A DNA stretch of 53,351 bases, counting the filler, from Sphacelaria rigidula (Eukaryota), in the NCBI GenBank assembly GCA_964200075.2. It is 4 parts of 4 records of this genome, joined end to end, with 100 filler letters (N's around TTAATTAATTAA, not from the genome) between each part and the next. Parts side by side here need not be neighbours in the genome. Positions count along the whole stretch, not along the records: positions 1 to 13,264 come from CAXNAA020003016.1; 3 more parts are not named here. One strand, 5' to 3'. Shown here in pieces: positions 1 to 11,969 of the stretch; the stretch's first letter is position 1, and every line of letters begins with the position of its first letter. The notes below the pieces were generated by a model that saw only the letters and a program-made list of their open reading frames with translations, was not told the DNA's origin and did not search any database. Made by a program: the position numbers and the translations under genes.

Positions 1-200
1 GCTTGCCTTAGTCGTTTGACCATTGACCACGCATCCCTTTCGAGACGGAGCAGGGGGGGAATGGGAGTACTAATGATTTTACATGCCGTAGTCAAAAGAC
101 ATCCCTACAAAGGACAGGGGGGGGGGGTACTCATTTGTTGCTTGCCTAGTCAATTTACCGTTCAACACGCATCTCTCTCGAGACGGAGTACCGTTCCACG
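1..200 (-). mobile_element. Two degenerate copies of a non-LTR retrotransposon (LINE) ORF2 3' end
   Basis: The reverse strand of 1-52 translates as APSRKGCVVNGQTTKAS, and 126-200 is a second copy. Related copies lie at about 3978-4075 and 15265-15370. I recall this C-terminus from abundant brown-algal LINE-derived ORFs; no search was run. Confidence 0.6.
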
Positions 201-518
201 GCTCGGACGAAGCATCGCCGGTTTGAATCATCAAACCCACGTCTTTTAAGGCATGATTACACGAAAGAGCAAATCAAAAAGTTGACCGCTGGTCAAAAAG
301 GTCTCTACGCAACGTTTGCGCCAATCCACGTCCCTGGGTTGCGCGTACCTGGGTTGCAACGCTGAAAACAAAGCGTGAAGGTTGACTCGTACGGTACGGA
401 GCAATTACACTAAAATCAAGTCATTTCCAGACGAATCATTCATTCGCCCGACCCTTGCACCGTTCTTACTTTTAATAAGGGATACCTTTGGTCTGTCACT
501 ACGTTTCTTCCTTTACAT

Positions 519-540
519 TGATTGATTGATTGATTGATTA
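519..540. repeat. (TTGA)n microsatellite
   Basis: About 5 perfect TTGA units. May be the tail of a minus-strand non-LTR element. Confidence 0.85.
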
Positions 541-683
541 TCTTACATTAACTGACTGATATATTCCGGCCCTAGATCAGGGGCAGCAAAACAAAAAAAA
601 CAGAATAAGAAAGAAGAAAAGTAAACGAACAGAAAAAGACAGAAGCAACATCCACAGAAAGGAAAGAAGAAAGGACGCAGCGA

Positions 684-746
684 CAACAGCAACAGCAACA
701 GCAACAGCAACAAGAGCAGCAGCAACAACAACAACAACAACAACAT
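684..746. repeat. (CAACAG)n/(CAA)n microsatellite
   Basis: Direct reading. It produces the poly-Leu run in ORF 543..1022. Confidence 0.9.
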
Positions 747-749
747 ACA

Positions 750-1060
750 TATGGACAAAAAGCTTTTACGTATCCTGTCCTTTCCCTGTTCCACCGTCTG
801 TGGCCACCATCCAGCTCCTAGTATAGCGATCGCTCTCTCGCTGCTATCGAATGTACCAATCGATTTCACACCGTCATATTCGCTTAGTTGCCACACTTTC
901 TTTCTCCCTCTAAACAAGTCCTGTTCCTCCTTTGTATCGTCCACATTTTCCCACCAATATATGAGTTCTACTCTCCCTCTCTTACCTCGTGACAGGGTCG
1001 ATCGATCCTGTGCATTTACCACCTACTCCATCCTGGTATACGGAGGGCGTGTTCTCCTGA
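750..1060 (-). mobile_element. Degenerate LINE ORF2 C-terminal fragment
   Basis: Minus-strand translation IGTFDSSERAIAILGAGWWPQTVEQGKDRIRKSFL, with a frameshifted Cys/His-knuckle-like remnant upstream. It resembles the region that, from recall, precedes the GCVVNG tail in the same LINE family. Confidence 0.55.
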
Positions 1061-1483
1061 CTATGCACCCCGTAGTCATAACAACACCACTGACTTCGCA
1101 TTCCTACAAAACCGGGACGGAGAACACCATATTTTCGCCGGATCAGGCTCGCAGTCAATCATCACGCGCGAAGCACCGTGATGTGTTCGGGCAGTCGCAA
1201 GAGGGGTAAGAGCTACATTCTAGTTACGATTGTTCGGTCCGAGGCGTACAAATTATCTTGCGTATGCCAATCCCCTTGAGTCATATGTCTTTTTTTGTCT
1301 CTTTTCTTTTGTTTCCCTTTTCTGTCGGTGTGCTATTAGCAAATCTTGTTTTTTTTTCTTCTCTCCCTTTTTACCCCGTTGAACTCGAGGAAGCGCCACT
1401 TCTCATGTGTCTCTTGGCGTTCATCTTCTCAATTTTAGTTTGGTGATGTTTTAGTTGATGGCGTTTGTTCTTGTGAATAAGTG

Positions 1484-2280
1484 TTGCTGAGTCATACCAT
1501 ATAACTCAGCCAGTGTAAATTAAGCCGTCCAGTGAGGCGGGGTGACCTTTAACTGCAGTTAACTCTTTGACCGCGAGGGTAGGTCACCTGCTGAATCGTC
1601 ATCAATTTCCGTTGAAAACAGTACGTGTGATCCAGGTGGACTACCCACATCGCGGTCCAAGGACCAACTGAGTTACATCGTATGATTCATCCGGTGGAAA
1701 CGACTATCGTTGATTATATATCCTATATCTCATCAAGTGAAATTAGGTACCACTGAGTTGTACTGGATAAACCAGTCGGTGGAAAAAGGTACCGCCGAGT
1801 TACACGGTATAAATCAGCCAATGGGAAAGGATACCGCTGACTTACACCGTATACCTCAGCCCGTGGAGAAAGGTACCGCCGAGATATTCCGCATAAATCA
1901 ACCCGTGGGAAAAATACCGCTGACTTACACAGTATGACCAGTGGAGAAAGGTACCGCCGAGTTATACCGTATAAATCAGCCAGTGGGAAAAGGTATAACT
2001 CAGCCAGTGGAAAAAGGTACCACTGATTTATAGCGTATAACTCAGCGGTACCTAACTCAGCCAGTAGAAAAAGGTACCGCTGAGTTATATGGTATACCTT
2101 AGACAGTGGCAACAGGTACCGCTGAGTTATACCGTGTAACTCAGCCTGTGGGAAAATGTATCGCTGACTTCGACCGTATAACTCAGCCAGTGGGGACAGG
2201 TACCGCTGAGTTATACCGTATAACTGCACCACTGGGAAAAGGTACCGCCAAGAAGTATCCGCACCCGTAAACCTCAGCGC
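1484..2280. repeat. About 42-bp tandem minisatellite (13-15 diverged units) with an internal palindrome
   Basis: Consensus GAAAAAGGTACCGCTGAGTTATACCGTATAACTCAGCCAGTG, in which GCTGAGTTATA-CCG-TATAACTCAGC is a perfect hairpin. Main array about 1738-2280. One unit at about 1484-1515 is separated by a MITE. Confidence 0.9.
1559..1667. mobile_element. About 105-bp MITE, piggyBac-like (copy 1)
   Basis: Starts TTAACTCTTTGACCGCGAGGGTAG and ends CTACCCACATCGCGGTCCAAGG (inverted). Homologous to 2860-2965 and 51705-51809. Confidence 0.6.
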
Positions 2281-2590
2281 TGAGTGAAACAACCATGATT
2301 TAACTCGAGTGTCCGGGGGAGTTGAGTTGTCCGACGTGTGAAATACTTTCCTGTGAGTTACTATGGACGTAGGACTTCACTTGAGATGGTACGGTGTGAA
2401 GACGTGGTGCGGCTCAAGAAGTAGGTGATCATCGGTTCTTCCTAAAGAAGGTTGCAAGCGTAGCTCTACCGTTGCCGAAGAGGCTCCGAAACGAGTCGTG
2501 TTTTCTCTCTCTTGCTATTTGGAGCAAGGATTGACCGTGAGCCAGGGGTGGTAGACAACTCAGAGTAGACAGAGCTTGTGTAGAATGTCT

Positions 2591-2860
2591 TACGTCGGAC
2601 AGCTTATGATCCACCCAAAATAAATAATCGAAGGGGGCTCTCAGACCCGTTGTCCAATACCATAAACTACGTGACAACAGGATCAGAGAAGCCAAAGCGC
2701 TACCTTTGGTTGCACTACTTCCCGTGGTCGGCGTTCAGCGCTGTAGGGAGCAAACATGGAGAAAAATATAAAGGGCTAAATGAGCTACCAAAGCTCATGA
2801 TCCGGATCAGTACACCAAAAGGCAGTAATATTAAGGTCGCTTATGAGCTGTCGGACGTGT
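2591..2860. mobile_element. About 270-bp MITE with (C/T)ACGTCGGACAGCT(C/T)ATGA TIRs
   Basis: Left TACGTCGGACAGCTTATGA and right TATGAGCTGTCGGACGTG are inverted. The body aligns with 4091-4245, 5105-5172 and 5733-5763. Confidence 0.6.
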
Positions 2861-2965
2861 TACCTCTTGGACCGCGAGGGCATTCCATCTGGATCATGCA
2901 TATTTTTTTCAAGTGAAATCGATGCCGATTTAACACATGACCTACTCTCTCTGTCCAAGGGTTAA
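2860..2965. mobile_element. About 105-bp MITE, piggyBac-like (copy 2, opposite orientation)
   Basis: TTACCTCTTGGACCGCGAGGG...CTGTCCAAGGGTTAA, with a terminal TTAA. Confidence 0.6.
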
Positions 2966-4246
2966 GCTTCCCTCAGGTTTTGATTGTGTGATATGTTGTC
3001 AGCCCTTCATCTCATCCGAGAGACGACTTGAGAAATATCTGGGAGCACGCCGCGATGATTAGCATCGCAATGGGCTGGGGATATCCCGTATGAATTTTCA
3101 AAAGAGGAATGTCTTGACCAATATCCTTGTATAGCTAGCTCCCAACTTTCGGAGCCCCCTGAACGAGAAACATCTGGGCTCAAACGTGCAACCCCTATCC
3201 TACCGTGGAATGACTCGATCACGACCGGTATGATTGGGGGATGACCTTGACAATGCGGGGGGGGAAATAGAGCTCAACCGCCCACGGCGGTCAAACCCGC
3301 TGTACGAAACTAGACATAGCGAAGTAAACGGCGAAGGTTCCTGCCTGTCTCGTCGGGAAAAAAAAAAAGGCAAGTACTGTGTAGAGTGTTTCACGCCTTC
3401 GCCAGAAAACAAAAGAGGAGAAAGGGGAGTATGTACACTATAGCACGCAGAAAAATTACTTAAATACCTTATCCGGGCATCCATATCATCGTCGTCGTCT
3501 TCCTCCCCGTCCGCATCTTCAGAGTCATCTTCCAGCTCGTCAGAGCTCACGGGGGCCCCGTCCTTCATCTTAAACCTCACCCAACCCCCGCCTTCATCGA
3601 CTCCTCCGAGCAGTCCCGTCATGTCGGTTTTCCCTGCAGCAACACAACATTTTTTTTTCGTGAAAAAAAAAACGAACAGAGGGAAAAAATTAAGCTTATG
3701 AAAAAAGAGGAACAGGAAAAAATGTGAGAAAAAATAAATAAATAGAGAGAAACAAAGAGGAAAAAATAATAATAATGATTATTAATAATGAATAACTTCT
3801 GGTGAAAAAAAAACGCCTACAATAGCAACCCATACAACAAACGCACGCACGTATTATTTATACTCTGCAGTTACACGTGCTAAAAACGATTACAGGTCAT
3901 CAAGGCAAACATTTTCAGATTTATCGGCGGCACGGGAAGGGAGCGGGGATGAAGATGGGGACGGGGACGGGGGAGGAGCGTACTCACTTGTTGTCTACCT
4001 CATCGGTGACCACCCTTGTCTTTCGAGGCGGAGCACAGTTCCTACTCCTAATATTATAGGAGACACCTCCAACACCCTCTGTTAACTTTTCACGCGTCGG
4101 ACAACTCATGAGTTTCCCAAAACAAGTCAAGGACTCTCAGATCTGTTGTCCAATAACACGAATTTCACGACAGAGGGGTCCGAGAAGCCAAAACGTTACC
4201 TTTCCCTTTGCGCTCCTCTGCGTGCTCAGCGTCCAACGCTGTGCAG

Positions 4247-5020
4247 TAGTGGGCGGTCTAACTATTCATTTTGTGGCATTTTGTGATTTTTTCGTAATTG
4301 GCGATATTCTTGGGCTTTTCTCGCTTGCCACCGCATATCACATTGGGAATCTGAAGAATTTGTATCCGCTCCACATTCCAAGAAAAAAATATCATCTGTA
4401 CTCAACATTGAGTGACTTACGGGCTGACCGGTCATCGGGGGTCTTATACTGCACAGACCTCAGCTTAGCATTTCCTGCGGATGGCCTCTTTTCGGTTTTT
4501 TTCGCATCATATTTTCCATGAGCACTCGAAAGTGCTAGCGTCGATAGTTTTGGCAAAATAAGCAGACCGTGCTCAAATCACAATGCCCAAGTTGGTGTTA
4601 TGCGAGTGGTACGGAGCGAAGACCCCGATTATCAGGAGGGTGTCATTGACCACGAATGGTCCAAGAAACGTAGTTTTCCAACTCTGGCGGAGTGAATAGG
4701 TGGAATTAAAAAATACACATCTTTTTTTAGTCTTCTCTTGTACGATCGGAATCGAGTCGGAATCGAGTCGGTCCACTGAAAGTACCGAAAAGCTAGAACC
4801 TGGGGTTGCACTTCCGCAGGACCCCCGAGGATCGGTCAAGCCCGTAAGTCACTCCATATTGATCGCAAATAATTTTTTTTCGACATTTTCAAAGAGGATT
4901 TAAAATATCTCCGGATGTCCACTTTTTGGCATCCAACCGTCACTGTGATAAGCGGTGGCAAGCGAAATAACTTTGGAAATTTTTTGAGATACTCAAAAAA
5001 TTATGAATTCCGCATACTTC
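4247..5020. mobile_element. Foldback/TIR non-autonomous DNA element
   Basis: GAGTGACTTACGGGCTGACCGGTCATCGGGGGTC (about 4410) is inverted at about 4820, and TCGCTTGCCACCGCATATCACA (about 4321) is inverted at about 4944. One arm recurs at about 12760-13075. Confidence 0.65.
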
Positions 5021-5172
5021 TGACGCTGATTACTGTGTTGCAATAGACGCAATAGTCGATGCTGTATGCGGTACACTGTTTGACGATGTAATATCTTGTC
5101 CACGGTGTTGCAAATATGGGAAAAGGGGAAAAGTGGGCTAGCTCATGATCCGGACAAGGACACTAAGAACTA

Positions 5173-5730
5173 ATTCCTCTGTTCGGAAATATAGGCTCTC
5201 TCGGAAATATCGGGAATATAAGCTCCCTTCAGTAAGTATGCGAATAACGCGGTTTTTGATCAGGCCACCACCGGTATGTGTTCTGCACATCATTTATACC
5301 ATGTGCAAAAAAAAAGGCAGGGGGATGACATGATATTAGCCCCGAAAAGAAAAAACGCAAGATAACACCCCCCGGAATGAGCTGGTTGTCGGCGTTGCTC
5401 GTGTGCTGTTGTTTGGTCGGACCACAAAACAAAATGGTTCTACGAGCTCCGCCGAATCGGCACGAATTCCGCCGAATAAGGCGACTGGAAAAAAAAATCA
5501 GGGGGAAGGCCTCCAACCGGTGGTTTTCCCTCTCTTCGGCCAGGGACTCTGTGGTCACCGAGGGTATAGGTAGGTGGTGTTGTACCGTGGACTGACCAAA
5601 GACCTCGGTTTTGGGGTGTTCTTCAGGTCGTCACGAAAGCAAACAAAAAAAAAGCACCAAAAATATCGCATTTGGGCCGAACTTATGCCTCTTCTTCTCT
5701 GAGAGAGCCTATATTTCCGAACAGAGGAAG
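5173..5730. mobile_element. Stowaway-like (Tc1/mariner) MITE
   Basis: Perfect 29-bp inverted repeats 5174-5202 and 5701-5729 (TTCCTCTGTTCGGAAATATAGGCTCTCTC), flanked by TA at 5171-5172 and 5731-5732. Confidence 0.7.
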
Positions 5731-6629
5731 TAGTACTTATTAGGCTCATGAACTGTCCGACCCATGTAACGTTTGTCGCCGCGGGCGATACGCTACGTAT
5801 ACCTACCCGTATGGAACATGACTTCATCGACGCGGCCATGGGAGAATAAACGAGCTATGGGGTTAACAGGTGTGTACATCTGCAGCACAAAAGTACAAAA
5901 CACACGTACGAGTGGTGAATTTGATTGACACACACTTTTTCATCCATTCACACCGCCGCTCATGGGTGTTATGTTACCACACCCTGGACGATAGATTCAA
6001 TTGTAAAAAAATGTAATGCGTACAGTATGGAATCCATTGTCTGCTGCAATAGGCGTAATAGTCGATACTGTTATGGGTGGGACTGGAGGGCCTAACGACC
6101 AAAAATCAGCGGCAAACTAAAAAAAAAACGGAAGTGCGGAGGAATAATGAACACGTCAGTAGGTGGTCGCACCTGTGCCGAGGCCCTCTCGCAGCCCTCG
6201 AACGCACGCTTCATCACTTATAAACTTGATTTACTATGGGACAGCTTGAGCACGGGAGATCGCGCGGTTCTCGACACAGGAAGCAAGCCAGCATACGGCA
6301 CTTCACCCCCCCCCCGCATACACACAAGATCTAGGAGAATCCATTTCACTCTTGCCTGGCGTCGCGCCAGCAGCGAGAAGACCTCCTCCCAGAGCGCAAA
6401 ACACCTCATTTTTGTACGTTTGGGTTTGTTGCGGCTCAGTATCACGCTCAAACGAAAAAGTGAATTAGGTTGACCTAGCTCGGGTGTGTGGGAAGCGCAC
6501 GCAAGAAACGGCAGTCCAATCCTCTGCTTCGTCACCGAGTTCTACGCGTTGCGTGATCGGCACTTTTGGGTTGAGGATTAGTGTCTAGCGCTATTATAAT
6601 AGGGGTCCAACATCGCAAATTCAACAAAA

Positions 6630-7100
6630 TCGGTGCGCATGTTGTTTTTTCTCGCCGCAAGTTGTCACGACACGCAGTTTGGTTGCGTGTCGGCAGGCGC
6701 TGCTGCTTAGTTCTGTGCGGCTGTGCACAACAAGCAATTTCGCCTTTCAACAGCGAGTATCCCTTCAAGTGTCAAATTTCAGAGGGGGAGTTCACAGAAG
6801 GAAAAAGCTAGCGGCTACTTCGTGTCAGAGCTCCAGTGCAGAAGCCGAGACGTCTGGAGCGATTGTAGTACTTGCACTGCCTTGCATCTGCTAGCGACTG
6901 TTGTGATCATGTACTTCGTAATTGTCTGTTTATATCTAATAATATAAGAGTGAGATGCAAACTACGCGACGGTGGACAGCTTCGTTTTGGGCTGCATATT
7001 TTTTTCTCGCAGCGAGCAGTGACGTGCCGCCAGATGCTGCTTCGTTCTGTACGGCTGTGCACAATGAGCAAATTAGCCTTTCAACAGCGAGTACTCTTCG
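6630..7100. repeat. Diverged direct duplication of about 130 bp (6630-6765 vs 6988-7100; partial third copy near 7370)
   Basis: Shared GCTGCTT.GTTCTGT.CGGCTGTGCACAA...GCCTTTCAACAGCGAGTA. Confidence 0.65.
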
Positions 7101-8439
7101 TGTATTGAGTCGCAGAGGGCGACGTAACACATGAACTTCGGCTGTTGGATCTGAGGGTTCCAGCGGAGAAACCAGGGCGCCAAGAGCGATTTTTATTTTT
7201 AGACTACACACTGACTATGTATGAACAGGTCAGCAGAGCCACCATATTTCAATTGACTGCCTGTACATACTGAAAATAATATGTAAACCATGCGATTTAC
7301 ACCAACTTGCATCTTCGACCAGATGCTATTTTTTGGCACCGATGTCACGACATTTGCTTTGGTGGCGGTCCGCCATTTGTTGCTCTGTTCTGTGGGGATG
7401 TGTACAAAGGAGAACCTCACTCATCATGAGCGAATGCCCTCTCACCCCTTGGCTTGTAGGGGACGAGTTCACCGATGAAACACGGCCGTTTTCTCACAGA
7501 CGTTTTCGAGAGAGAACCCGAGGGATGCGCGACGCTGCCGGTCACGGTATCCAAATTTCTGTACTCTCTCGTTCTAGCACCATGACAGGCACGCCTTTCA
7601 CTGCAGATGCGTTGGTGTGTGGCGGCCACAAGTGCTGCTGTTCGTCTTCTTGTCTTGGTATCTTCGCAATGGTGGTAAACGTGGGGTGGCAGCTCGGGGG
7701 CGTGCGCTTCCCGAGTAGTACAGCAGCTGAACACTAGTGCACCAAGAGTTTGCACCCACTGATCAGGAGCGAGTTATGCGGAGGAACAAAATCATCTCAA
7801 CACGGAGCACTCACAGGCTTGAAGATATGTACCATGTTCATTGCACATTTCATATGAGCCCGGTCGTTGTTTCTAGGTGAAGCATGTATTTTTGATTGAT
7901 ATGATTCGTCTGATTACGGTCCAGTTCTTACGCATATAGCGTTCGTGATCCATTTTCCCGAAATATAGTACCCAAAGTCGGGCCCCAGTCCCACCCCTAA
8001 CTGTACACAGTACAAATTTTGATGGTGTATTACATTGTCATTATCCAGGGTGTGCATGTTACACAACGAAGACATACAATACAAGAAACAAAAATACCCA
8101 TGTTTTTTTGTCGCACCTTGAACCCTTACCCTTCCCCGGGACGAGTCGGCGGTCTCAAGGGATCATCTCATTCCTCCCTCGGCATTTTTATTTTTTCCCT
8201 ACTCAATATGTGTCGTTCAACATTAACTTTAAGATTTTCTCTTGTTCGACCAGCATTGAACTGATCTGATCTGCAACTGATGTCCACGAACCAACCATGC
8301 ACGTGGTTCAACACAAACATGAATGCTCTACGAGTTCTTTTATTTACATTGACGTGTAGAACTTGCCTCCCCAAACCAGTCACACTTTTCGGGGAGACTG
8401 TCGTAGGAAGTGTCAAGGGAGGACGGGCAGCACGAGAGT

Positions 8440-8710
8440 TTTTTTTTTCTTCATATTTGTCGTTGTGCTTTTAGTACTTCACCTTCCTTCTGCGGTGCTT
8501 GCCTTACTTTTTATCTCAAGAAGGGCTCGGGTTCCTTTCCCTCGTCGACCGTGGAGTCGAATTTTGTGCACCTATGACATGATTGCTCTCCGCTGTTGGG
8601 CAGGATGTGAGGGAAAATGCCAGATCGTGTGGTTCTATCGAAATTCGAAGCAACGTCCCAACCGTCAGACTGTGTCGAGGATACCAACTCAGCCACAGGG
8701 GCGCGATCGT
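8440..8710 (-). mobile_element. tRNA-derived SINE (copy 1)
   Basis: Minus-strand Pol III A box TGGCTGAGTTGG (8684-8695) and B-box-like CTTCGAATT (8642-8650). The body is homologous to 48640-48890. Confidence 0.7.
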
Positions 8711-9000
8711 AATGAGTTGTTGTTGTTGTTGTCTCCACATTAAAAATTAGGGCTGCGGACTGGATCAGTTTGTACTGGCGATTAAACTGGGAGTGGAGTT
8801 TGACTGCAACCGGTGATGAGGACCCCAGTTTATCCAGTTTATTTGAAGTTTGCCGTTACCGGCTATGTTTATAGCAATATTAGTATCGTGGGTTTATAAC
8901 AAAGATGCTTACATTATTACGAACAAAATGAAAGTGAAATTTAGGGCCTGCACCTGACAGCAGTACAAGTACAGACAGTACTCGTGGTACGAGCTGGGCC

Positions 9001-9136
9001 AGCCTAGAAGCGGATTTGGATTTTGCAGACCCATTCGCAATTTAATACTTATGCCCCATTGATTGTCCACACCAAATTCTAGGGTCCAACTCTAAGTATT
9101 AAATTGCGAATGGGTCGTTTCAAATCCGGATAGGCA
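9001..9136. repeat. Short inverted-repeat element / hairpin
   Basis: Perfect 24-bp arms 9028-9051 and 9093-9116, plus an outer CGGATTTG/CAAATCCG pair. Confidence 0.8.
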
Positions 9137-9178
9137 AAATTCGGAACAGCATATTGCAGACCACTTACCGGCCCACGC

Positions 9179-10280
9179 GAGGGGCCCCATATCGGGAAAT
9201 ACATGCACCACCGCTACCCTCCCCCTTACCCGCGGTCGAGAATGAGGAAAGTGCCAAATCAAATTGGGGAAAACCTTTTTCTTCCTATTCCTTAACTAGT
9301 ATACGGAAATGAACGATCATTTGGATATCTCCAGTTTGCCTCAACGTGAGCAGCCCAAAACCGAGGTGTTTTGGTGTGTCAGCTACTCTTGTGGCGATCG
9401 GGGAGCAATTTTGCCGGCTGGAAAATGACTTTTGAGTCGCGGCGATCACTGGATAATGAATATTGAGTCTCGCTGGCTTTTGCAAGACCAGTTGTTACCG
9501 CCCTGGCACTATCGCAGTGATACGGCCGCCATGCTAAAAAGTAAAAAGGGCGGTGTACGACGGACAGCTCTGTACTGCTACTGAATGACTGAAATGGACA
9601 TGCAGTGAGTTGACTGTGCGGTGATACCCGCCGACACGAAAATGTTTTGATATCATAGACGTGCACAATGTGCGAGTTGCAGATAATCATGTACTTTGCC
9701 CGCGTTCGGGCAGACAGCCGTGTTCATATAACGCGTATATCTATATATCGCAATTCATACTGCACTGCGACACAAGAGAGGGAAAGGTTCCAAAGGGGAA
9801 TGTTATGGACGTGGTGTTGCGAAAAAGAATATCCAACATCGAGGTAGCGGCAGTCATGAAATGTATTTCACGTGATATTGAATTTGTTATGCCCGCAAGG
9901 GCAGATCCATGCAAACTCCCGGGTGCCAGGCGTGCGCGCCCACTTCATGTTCACCCCTTGCAAGACTTCCGGAATCTGCGGCACATTTCCAGCGCCGGTA
10001 CCTTAAGAGCTTTGATCGTCACTCCCTGCTTTTGCGGGCATGTTCTTCTCTGCTTTCTTTGACTCACCTCTACCACCTACCGTTTCGGTACACCCGGCGC
10101 AGGCCCACGTTACCGGCGAACACGTGCAGTGCAGTACAGCAACTACTATCGCCATCATCCAGCGATCAGGGGGGTACCCGTGAAATGAAATCGGGTACCC
10201 CCCCTCCTTCAACCCCAGGATAAGGTTTGTGCGGCGAGGGGGGGGGGGTGGTGCATGGATTCCCCGATATGGGGCCCCTC
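9179..10280. mobile_element. 1.1-kb non-autonomous TIR DNA transposon (copy 1)
   Basis: About 34-bp TIRs GAGGGGCCCCATATCGGG(A/G)AAT.CATGCACCACC, with flanking duplication GGCCCACG(C/T). The body is homologous, inverted, to 24005-25143. Confidence 0.8.
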
Positions 10281-11969
10281 GGCCCACGTTTGATGTTTGT
10301 GTGTTGAGATTTTGTGTGAAACCTCGCTACGGAATAACGAACCAAAGATAGTGGGTCAGTTTTTTTCTTCACTGATTTAGAGTGTTTTAGTATGGTAACG
10401 ACCGTTTTTTCACGAGAACGCCCGAACCTCTTCCAAAAAACACGAATCAAGGCCCATTTTCTTTTTTAGCATACCTTATCCCCGCATGCTTAAACTGGCC
10501 AGGGCAACCAGTTCACAGCCTTACTAAAAACCGTTCCGATATCTGCGCAGGACTCTATGCTGCCGCGGACGCCTTCCGTGGTCACAGGCTGCCCCAAGCT
10601 AGGGTAAAAGAAAACCATGAAATAAAATCTGACACAGGAACACTTCACATAGACGCGATACAAAAAAAAATACAAGAGTCAAGGATGTTTTTGCGAAGAA
10701 CAGTCATCACATAAACGTCGCAAACTCATGAATTAAATAAAACAAAATCACAAGATTTTTCTATGTGTTATTCCGATGCGATTCCCCATACCAAATTTCG
10801 AAACACAATTTTCAAAACCGAGCTGCACAATCAAGATAAAGTTCAATTGGTGCGAATATTGAATTTAGTGTAGCTTCGTATATCAGCCGTATCTCGATAG
10901 ATAACGAAACAAATTAAGATGCGGATATCGATTATTTCCCCGTGCCTCAAGGAACGTCGCCACCAAAGATCAGTGTCATCCCCTGATTAAATTGTCAAGG
11001 GGTTTAGTATAGATCTTATCATCGAGATGTGCCCGTACGCGACACGATCCATTCGGCATGGCGTTTAGTGAAAGAGAAAGCATCTGACCGAGCTGTTAAG
11101 TACACGGACAAATGCCCTCTTGCTCAGAGGGGGTGACAAGATGTGCGGATCACCGCCCAATTCGTCTGGGTCGGTGATATATCGCTTCGATAGCCTATAC
11201 TCGTTTTTTAGGCCGCCCCAGCTCGTACATCCTCGTACCTATAGTTCAATTTAAAAACAAAAGATAGCACTCTCGATGGAGGAAGCACGAGTAGAACCAG
11301 TACCTACGAAAAAGCATAGGAGAAGCTAACCAAAGGTAAGGTAAGGTGAGATTTCGGTGAGGTTCGGTAAGGCAAGGTAAGGAAAAGAAAAGAAATAATA
11401 GAGGGGACGAAAAAAAAAAGCATAGACACTCTCAGACACACACATGTACGAAACAATAACCAGCACACCTTTGTCGTCGTTCCTCTCCCCGTCCTCGTGC
11501 CCGAGCTCATCCTCATCAACGTCAACACCCGCCATGACGTCTTCATCCAACACCCCCGACACCCACCCATCTTCTGCTTGATTTTTTAATTCAGGGTGGA
11601 ATAAGAGCAAACAGAAAACAGTACCCGTATATCAGGATGGGGGGACAAACCAATCCATCACCACACACCGGTGTATCCGCGTAACCGGCAAAACAGAAAC
11701 TACGACCTGTTGACCTTTCCCGCAAAAAATGAAGAAAAAAAAAAACGTATCTGGAGCACGTTTTGTTACATACACACAAGAGCGACTGAGGATGCGAGGT
11801 AGGTTTACCCCAGTTCGCCTCCAAGTTACTCATTATTGACATATTCTTGGAATAACGCCAACCCTGACCCTGACACCAACCTAAGGCAAGGGAGGTGCAA
11901 GAGATGCCCTCGGGCAAAGTCTGCGTTGGCGGGCTATAAATCGGTGCCTGCGACGCCGATTTGGACAGA

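Larger units (their letters stand above)
4091..5763. mobile_element. Second copy of the 270-bp MITE, interrupted by two nested insertions
   Basis: Pieces 4091-4245, 5105-5172 and 5733-5763 are colinear with 2591-2860. Confidence 0.55.

Noticed and set aside
543..1022. Membrane protein with poly-Leu
   Set aside because: It is a chimera of a LINE fragment and a (CAA/CAG) microsatellite.
1738..2280. CRISPR array
   Set aside because: The palindromic units are head-to-tail and mutually homologous with no unique spacers. There are no cas genes and the context is eukaryotic.
1723..2292. 189-aa repeat-protein ORF
   Set aside because: It is a translation of the 42-bp minisatellite, with indel-bearing units and no splice or codon support.
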